Below are positions 58,220 through 64,000 of a stretch of DNA of 64,000 nucleotides, piece after piece. Source of the DNA: Patescibacteria group bacterium (lineage in GTDB: Bacteria; Patescibacteriota; Minisyncoccia; Phycocordibacterales; UBA1006); contig JAQBQS010000003.1 of NCBI GenBank assembly GCA_028286885.1, positions 44,607 through 108,606 of the forward strand, read 5' to 3'. Positions within the stretch are counted from its first letter, which is position 1; each line of letters starts with the position of its first letter. Made by a program: the position numbers and the translations under genes. The notes under the pieces were generated by a model. It was not told the DNA's origin. It saw nothing but the letters and a program-made list of their open reading frames with translations, and searched no databases.

Positions 58220-59149
58220 ATGTCAATCCAAACAGATTCAAAACGAATATTGCGATGGGGGCTCATCAACTTTTACCGAAATACGGTTGTTTCGATCGCG
58301 TCGGTCCTCATGATGACGGTAACGTTAACCGTTATCGGTATTGTTATCTTTTTAAATGCAGTATTAGGATTCTCGCTCGCGCAGATCGGAAGCAAGGTGG
58401 ACGTGAACGTGTATTTTTATCCGAGCGTTTCGGAAGCCCAAGTGTTGCAAGTGCAGCAGAATTTGCAGCAGCTGCCCGAGGTGGCAAGCGTCGAATACAT
58501 TTCCGAAGATCAGGCATTGTCCGACTTCCGAACGCGACACGCATCCGATTATCTGACGCTTCAGGCGCTCGACGAGCTAGGCGCGAATCCGCTTGGAGCG
58601 ACGCTCAACATTCGCGCCAAGGAATCCGGCCAGTACGAGTCTATCGCCAATACGCTCGACCAGAACACAAGCCTTTCAAACGGCTCAACGCCGATCATTG
58701 AGAAGGTGAACTACGCGCAGAACAAGGCGATTATCGAACGCTTGACCTCCATCATGCGATCGGTCCAGACGCTCGGCCTTGCGATCACGGCATTCTTCAT
58801 CGTCATCTCGATCCTGATCACGTTCAACACGATTCGCCTTGCGATCTACATGTCACGCGAGGAAATCGCGACGATGCGCATGGTCGGCGCCGAGAATAAG
58901 TACATTCAAGGGCCGTTTATGACCGAGGGAATCGTCTACGGAATCGTGTCTGCGATCCTGACGCTCGTCCTGTTCGTTCCGATCACGTACTGGCTCACGG
59001 GGCACACGCAGGCGTTCTTCGGAGGGCTCAGCTTGTTTAGATACTATGGAGACAACTTCTTCCAGTTCCTGGCCATCCTCCTTGTCGCGGGAATCCTCCT
59101 CGGCATGATCTCGGCATGGTTCGCGATTCGGAAGTACTTAAGGAAATAG
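58220..59149 (+). CDS. ftsX: Cell division permease FtsX
   Basis: FNTIRLAIY.REEI..M..VGA...I.GPF..EG. Confidence 0.95.
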   Translation: MSIQTDSKRILRWGLINFYRNTVVSIASVLMMTVTLTVIGIVIFLNAVLGFSLAQIGSKVDVNVYFYPSVSEAQVLQVQQNLQQLPEVASVEYISEDQALSDFRTRHASDYLTLQALDELGANPLGATLNIRAKESGQYESIANTLDQNTSLSNGSTPIIEKVNYAQNKAIIERLTSIMRSVQTLGLAITAFFIVISILITFNTIRLAIYMSREEIATMRMVGAENKYIQGPFMTEGIVYGIVSAILTLVLFVPITYWLTGHTQAFFGGLSLFRYYGDNFFQFLAILLVAGILLGMISAWFAIRKYLRK

Positions 59150-59183
59150 ATAAAACAAAAAATCCCGTGGGGGATTTTTTGTT

Positions 59184-59921
59184 TTATCTCGGATGAAACG
59201 TTTCTGTTCCAATTTCGATTTCTTTCTTGAAAACGCTCGCATTTGCCTTGTTATACCTTCTCATGATTTCCCACGGATTCGGAGCATTGTTAAACCTTCT
59301 TGCCGATGTTTTTATTTCAAACGAGCCTGAGTAACGAATTGTTCCCTCATTGAGAAGTCTGCTCGTCGTGTCATGTTCTTCGCCGTAGAATTCCGAACCG
59401 TTTCGGTAGCCTCCTATTTTTTCAAGGGCGCTGGCGCGCATGAAAATATTCGCTCCCCAGCAGATGTTTCTTTTCTTGAATCTGTTCAAGAAATAATTGA
59501 ACGTACCGAGAAACATTCCGGAAATTTTCGTTCCGACGCGCAATCTCCATTCGCCGTCATAGTAATCGATCGTTCCGGCTACCGCTGCGATGGTTGGGGA
59601 ATCGAAAAGCGCCGTTGCGTTCCTCATCCAGTTTTTAGGAACGATGCAGTCGGCGTCGAGCTGCGCGATGATTTGGCCTTTGGATGCGCGCCGTCCGGCT
59701 TCGCGGGCAAATGAAACGCCTTTGTTCGGTTCGGAGACGGTTTTTATTTTTCCAGGATACTCGGATTCAAGGCTTGAAATGATCTCGGAAGTCTTGTCAG
59801 TGGAAGCATTATTTACCAAGATAACTTCAAAATCCTGATAATCCTGTTTCAAAACGCTCTCGACGGTTTCCTTGATCCATTTTTCCTCGTTGTAGCAGGG
59901 GATGACGACAGATACGTACAT
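59184..59921 (-). CDS. Glycosyltransferase family 2
   Basis: SVVIPCYNEE, VNNASTD, LDAD, TSARR. Confidence 0.93.
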   Translation of the reverse strand: MYVSVVIPCYNEEKWIKETVESVLKQDYQDFEVILVNNASTDKTSEIISSLESEYPGKIKTVSEPNKGVSFAREAGRRASKGQIIAQLDADCIVPKNWMRNATALFDSPTIAAVAGTIDYYDGEWRLRVGTKISGMFLGTFNYFLNRFKKRNICWGANIFMRASALEKIGGYRNGSEFYGEEHDTTSRLLNEGTIRYSGSFEIKTSARRFNNAPNPWEIMRRYNKANASVFKKEIEIGTETFHPR

Positions 59922-59990
59922 ATCAGTTAACTATCTCATATTTTTAATATTATCGCAAAAATATCCGCATGACCTGCGGATATTTTTTGC

Positions 59991-60611
59991 CTAAGCGCCG
60001 GCTTTTTTCGACCGGTGTTTTTTTATTTTCTTGATCAGATACTGGGTCAGGATGATCGCGAAAAACGAAAGGATGATGAGCAAAAAGATATGCTCGACTC
60101 CTCCGACTTTCTTGGCCACCTTGTTCCAGTAGGGCCCCGAAACATATCCCAAGATGACAAATCCGAAATTCCAAACGATGTCCGAGACGATGACGGCGGT
60201 TGCGAATTTCCAAGGCTTCACCTTCATGAGTCCGGCAGCGACGCAGATGTATCCCCGGCCGAACGGCACGACGCGCCCGATCATGACGGCGACGATTGAT
60301 CTCTTGGAGATCTTCTCGGAAAGGTTTTTTACGAGAGAGCGAGGGAAGGGGATCCTAGGATGGTGCATGACCCATTCTCCGATGAAGTAGAATGCTCCGT
60401 ACAGTATCCATGCGCCGATCATGCTTGCGACCGTCGCAGCTGCAGCGGCGAGCACCAGATTGAATGTCGAGAGATATGCCAGATATCCGAAGAACATCAG
60501 GAGAAGTTCGTTCGGCGCGGGAACGGGAATTCCCAATTCCTGCACGACAATGAGGCCGATGATGGCCACGTAACCGTACTGGGTGAGAAAATGAATGATC
60601 GAAGGTGACAT
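59991..60611 (-). CDS. DedA family membrane protein
   Basis: YGY, GIPVPAPNE, GRVVPFGR...AAG. Confidence 0.92.
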   Translation of the reverse strand: MSPSIIHFLTQYGYVAIIGLIVVQELGIPVPAPNELLLMFFGYLAYLSTFNLVLAAAAATVASMIGAWILYGAFYFIGEWVMHHPRIPFPRSLVKNLSEKISKRSIVAVMIGRVVPFGRGYICVAAGLMKVKPWKFATAVIVSDIVWNFGFVILGYVSGPYWNKVAKKVGGVEHIFLLIILSFFAIILTQYLIKKIKKHRSKKAGA

Positions 60612-60627
60612 GGTGTGCCAGGTGTTG

Positions 60628-60698
60628 TTGCCAGACTAGGACTCGAACCTAGATAGTCGGTACCAGAAACCGAAGTCCTACCATTAGACGATCTGGCA
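60628..60698 (-). tRNA. tRNA-Gln (anticodon CTG)
   Basis: TGCCAGA...TCGGT-TTCTGGT-ACCGA...GGTTCGAGTCC..TCTGGCAA. Confidence 0.96.
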
Positions 60699-60790
60699 AT
60701 GTTTTGAAATAGTAGCAAATTTTCCCGCAGGAATCAACCGGAGCATAAAAAAATCCCGCCGTGAAGCGGGATTGATAAGGGGTTTGTATT

Positions 60791-61570
60791 TTACAAAAAT
60801 GACTTGATCACTTCCACATACTCGCTGTTCAATCCGCCGAGCCTGAAAAGGGTGACGGTCTTGAATCCTGCGTTGGTCGCGTATTGCAGATCCTGGCTGA
60901 GCATCTGTGGCGTCAGGATCTGCTCGTTGCCGAAGACTCCCGTAGCGATAACGCCGAGCGAAAGCTCGAGGTTCCGGTTTTGCGACCGCTGTTTGGTCAG
61001 ATGCTTGTGCATCATTGGCTTGAGAAAGTCCGCAATCATGCTCGAGTAGTACATCGGCGATGATCGGTGTCCGAGTACTGGATCATAGGAATTGCCCAGG
61101 AATCTGTACACACTTTCCGCTAGTCCGAATGGTGCAGGATATTGTGCGGTTACGGGTGTGATGCCATGACGAGATGCCTTCCTCAAGAAATTTCTGATCA
61201 TCTTCTTGTTGTTTGAAAATGAGAAGAGATTCTTGAAAAACAGATGACGCCTGCCTGCAAGAATGGGCAGCTCCAAATCGACGAGTACGGTGAGCGGTTC
61301 GCCTGCCGAGAGCACGTCGTTGATCATTCCCTCGAGATCTAGAGAATAAGAGAATGCCGACACCCAGTAGCTCCGGTTAATGATGGGCCAATATGCCGCT
61401 TCCAATTTTGGATTGATAGCAAGCAGCTTCTCGCGAAATTTCTTGAATTCCGAAACGGAGTGCGCGGCGATGTAAATCATGGACGGGAAGTCGATAAGGC
61501 GTGCCTTTTCAAGATTCTCCGGGTTGTCGGGATACTCTTCGTAAAAGTTAATTCTTTCTATTTTTTCCAT
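60791..61570 (-). CDS. Hypothetical protein, possible TIM-barrel
   Basis: YWP...YWVS, VLVDLELP, PMYYSS, LFRLGG. Confidence 0.6.
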   Translation of the reverse strand: MEKIERINFYEEYPDNPENLEKARLIDFPSMIYIAAHSVSEFKKFREKLLAINPKLEAAYWPIINRSYWVSAFSYSLDLEGMINDVLSAGEPLTVLVDLELPILAGRRHLFFKNLFSFSNNKKMIRNFLRKASRHGITPVTAQYPAPFGLAESVYRFLGNSYDPVLGHRSSPMYYSSMIADFLKPMMHKHLTKQRSQNRNLELSLGVIATGVFGNEQILTPQMLSQDLQYATNAGFKTVTLFRLGGLNSEYVEVIKSFL

Positions 61571-61689
61571 TGTAATGTATTTGTGTGCATATTAGCATAT
61601 TTATTAAATCGTGTCAAATAAAAAGCGGCCTTCATTCTTATACATGAAAGCCCTTGATTTTTTTGAATATTCGTGCTATTTTAATTTAT

Positions 61690-62445
61690 ATGTCAAAAGA
61701 CTTCTATATTTACGGGAAGAAGCCAATCGAAGAAGTCCTCGCTCGCAATCCGGGTTCAATTCGACGTGTCTACATCAAGGACGGCGTCAAGCAGGGATCG
61801 TTCGAAAAAATCCGAAGCCTCGCCAACGCCGGGCATGTTCCAATCAACGGCATTGATGATCGCCAGATTACGCGCGCGCTCGAAGATGAAGTGAATCACC
61901 AGGGCGTAATCGCGCTTTCGAAGCCGTTCGAATATGCGACGCTCGACGCGTGGATCCACTCGCTCAGCATGGACAAGAAGCCGACTGTTTTGATCCTTGA
62001 TCACATTCAGGATGTTTCGAACCTCGGGGCGATCATCCGTTCTGCAACAGCAGCCGGAGTTGCGGGAATCATCGTTGCTGAACTCAATCAGGCGCCGGTT
62101 ACATCTGCCGTTTACAAAACGTCAGCAGGAACGGTTGGAAAAATTCCCTTGATCCAAGTCGGAAACATCAACCAGACTCTTGAGAAATTGAAGAAGGCAG
62201 GATTCTGGATCGCCGGACTCGGAATTGTCGATGACAAGAATAAGTCGACGGATCTCTGGAAATATGATTTCACCGAACCAACAGCGGTTGTTATCGGAAA
62301 CGAGGGAGACGGCTTGCGCGAGAAGACCGCCGAGCACTGCGATACGATCGTCTCGATCGTCATGCAGAACGAGGTTGAGTCGTTGAACGCTTCAGTCTCG
62401 GCAGCATTGGTCTGTTATGAGATTCTGCGACAGCGAAAGGCTTAA
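61690..62445 (+). CDS. rlmB: 23S rRNA Gm2251 methyltransferase RlmB (TrmH/SPOUT)
   Basis: HQGVIA, LDHIQDVSNLGAIIRS, IGNEGDG, ESLNASVS. Confidence 0.92.
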   Translation: MSKDFYIYGKKPIEEVLARNPGSIRRVYIKDGVKQGSFEKIRSLANAGHVPINGIDDRQITRALEDEVNHQGVIALSKPFEYATLDAWIHSLSMDKKPTVLILDHIQDVSNLGAIIRSATAAGVAGIIVAELNQAPVTSAVYKTSAGTVGKIPLIQVGNINQTLEKLKKAGFWIAGLGIVDDKNKSTDLWKYDFTEPTAVVIGNEGDGLREKTAEHCDTIVSIVMQNEVESLNASVSAALVCYEILRQRKA

Positions 62446-62453
62446 ATGAATTT

Positions 62454-62492
62454 AGCAAAAAGGCGGACACCGCAGGTGTCCGCCTTTTTGCT
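62454..62492. terminator. Bidirectional intrinsic terminator
   Basis: AGCAAAAAGGCGGACACC-GCA-GGTGTCCGCCTTTTTGCT. Confidence 0.85.
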
Positions 62493-62532
62493 GCCCAATG
62501 GATATTTCGCAAAATTCTGCTATAGTATCCGC

Positions 62533-62586
62533 ATGTTATCGTTTACCGTCTTTTCTCGAATCAGCATCTCGTGGCGAAGGTCATAA
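62533..62586 (+). promoter_or_regulatory. Candidate leaderless Trp leader peptide (MLSFTVFSRISISWRRS)
   Basis: TGCTATAGT 6 nt before ATG; Trp codon near the end; stops 36 nt before trpS. Confidence 0.5.
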
Positions 62587-62622
62587 TTTTTTTATTATGA
62601 TTCTTAACGTTATCTAAATTAT

Positions 62623-63567
62623 ATGGCAAAAAAAATATTACTCTCCGGAATACAGCCGACAGGCGCTCCGCATGTCGGAAACTATTTCGGCATGATGAAG
62701 CAGGTGATCGACTTGCAGAATGAATATGAAACATATGGAATGATCGTGAACTATCACGCACTTACGACTATTTCAAATAAAACTGAATTAGAGGAAAATA
62801 CGAAAAACGTTGTTCTTGATTTTCTTGCAATCGGAGCCGATCCAGAAAAAATGATTTTGTTCAAACAGTCAGATGTTCCCGAGCATGTGGAACTCACCTG
62901 GATCTTCAACTGTCTTGTAACGATGCCGTGGCTATCGCGCGCGCATGCGTTCAAAGACAAAACTGACAAAGGGATCGAAGCATCCGTCGGATTGTTCGAC
63001 TACCCAGTTTTGATGGCAGCCGATATCTTGTTATACGATACGGAAGTCGTTCCTGTCGGCGAAGATCAGCGCCAACATGTCGAGATGGCTCGCGAGATCG
63101 CGCGTAAGTTCAACGCGAATTACGGCGATACGTTTGCCGAACCGAAGGAAATGATCAAAGCTGAAGTCGCGATTGTTCCCGGAACTGACGGGCAGAAAAT
63201 GTCCAAGTCATATGGCAATACGATTCCGCTCTTTGGAACGGATGAGGAGATTCAGAAAGCCGTGATGTCGATCGTTACCGATTCAGGAACTGACATTCCT
63301 GCTAACGTTTATGCGATTCATAAACTGTTCAAGACGGAAGCCGACCTTGCTCCGATTTATGAGGAAAACAAAGGCAAGTACAAGGCTCTCAAAGATGCGC
63401 TCTTGGCTGACATTTTGGCATTCGTAACTCCAATGCGAGAACGTCGAGAATATTATGTAAATAATCCTGACCTCGTCGCAGAGATTTTGCGAAAGGGAAG
63501 TGAAAAGGCAAACGCGAAAGCTTCGGCGAAAATGCAAGACGTGAGAAAGAAAGTGGGACTCGACTAA
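62623..63567 (+). CDS. trpS: Tryptophan--tRNA ligase
   Basis: SGIQPTG, HVGNYFG, YPVLMAADIL, VPVGEDQ, KMSKSYGN. Confidence 0.98.
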   Translation: MAKKILLSGIQPTGAPHVGNYFGMMKQVIDLQNEYETYGMIVNYHALTTISNKTELEENTKNVVLDFLAIGADPEKMILFKQSDVPEHVELTWIFNCLVTMPWLSRAHAFKDKTDKGIEASVGLFDYPVLMAADILLYDTEVVPVGEDQRQHVEMAREIARKFNANYGDTFAEPKEMIKAEVAIVPGTDGQKMSKSYGNTIPLFGTDEEIQKAVMSIVTDSGTDIPANVYAIHKLFKTEADLAPIYEENKGKYKALKDALLADILAFVTPMRERREYYVNNPDLVAEILRKGSEKANAKASAKMQDVRKKVGLD

Positions 63568-63621
63568 TCGAGAAACAAAAGCATTCCAACGGGAATGCTT
63601 TTGTTGTATAATCATAAAATT

Positions 63622-64000
63622 ATGGCAAAGCTTCCGAACATCATTGAGAAGGATAGATCGCTCTGGAAGGTACTTGTGTTTGCAATTAGAGAGTCCATAA
63701 AGGGATCGCCCGGATATTCTGTCGCACGTTATATTTTCGCTACGATAAATGCTACGTTGATCTTCGTACAGTTCGGAGGCTTGGCAATTATCGTAAACGA
63801 GTTCACGCGTGCGGGAATTCAAAATGCTCATCTGAATGTGATCGTGGGAGCCTTTGCGTTAATTGTTACGGGAACCTTAGTTCCTTCGATTGTCGCATCG
63901 CTGAGCAATTTTGTTTTTAGCGTGCAATTCAACGACATGCAAAAACATATTCAGAAAATTATCTTTTCCAAGATGGACAGCATTGATATTGCCACGGTCG
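63622..64000 (+). CDS. Probable ABC exporter, N-terminal TM domain; truncated by the window edge
   Basis: Open from ATG 63622 to the end; two TM segments then IFSKMDSIDIA. Confidence 0.6.
   Translation, partial: MAKLPNIIEKDRSLWKVLVFAIRESIKGSPGYSVARYIFATINATLIFVQFGGLAIIVNEFTRAGIQNAHLNVIVGAFALIVTGTLVPSIVASLSNFVFSVQFNDMQKHIQKIIFSKMDSIDIATV

Overview
Bacterial chromosomal DNA, most consistent with a Patescibacteria (CPR, Parcubacteria-like) genome. The evidence is inferred from gene content and style: minimal housekeeping clusters (infA-rpmJ-rpsM-rpsK-rpsD-rpoA-rplQ-rplM-rpsI; grpE/dnaK/dnaJ; mraZ-rsmH-ftsL-ftsI; ftsEX; alaS, cysS, trpS; two tRNAs), a PaaX-like regulator, many orphan and secreted genes, and almost no Shine-Dalgarno signals. 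The most unusual signals are non-coding. (1) A tandem array of 4-5 self-contained promoter/short structured RNA/terminator units with a period of about 100-110 bp lies upstream of a divergent PaaX/Cas2-like gene (26.2-26.75 kb). (2) A 130-nt multi-hairpin element with its own antisense promoter overlaps the 3' end of a PBECR/RelE-like nuclease gene (22.95-23.12 kb). (3) A DUF559 endonuclease is bracketed by 51-bp structured inverted repeats, with nuclease-free relatives elsewhere, one apparently translated inside mltG. (4) Leaderless promoter architecture is pervasive and includes a leaderless Trp-containing leader peptide before trpS. (5) Orphan genes sit in cassette-like arrays sharing related hairpin boundaries. 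All product calls come from motif recognition by eye; no database searches or folding programs were run.
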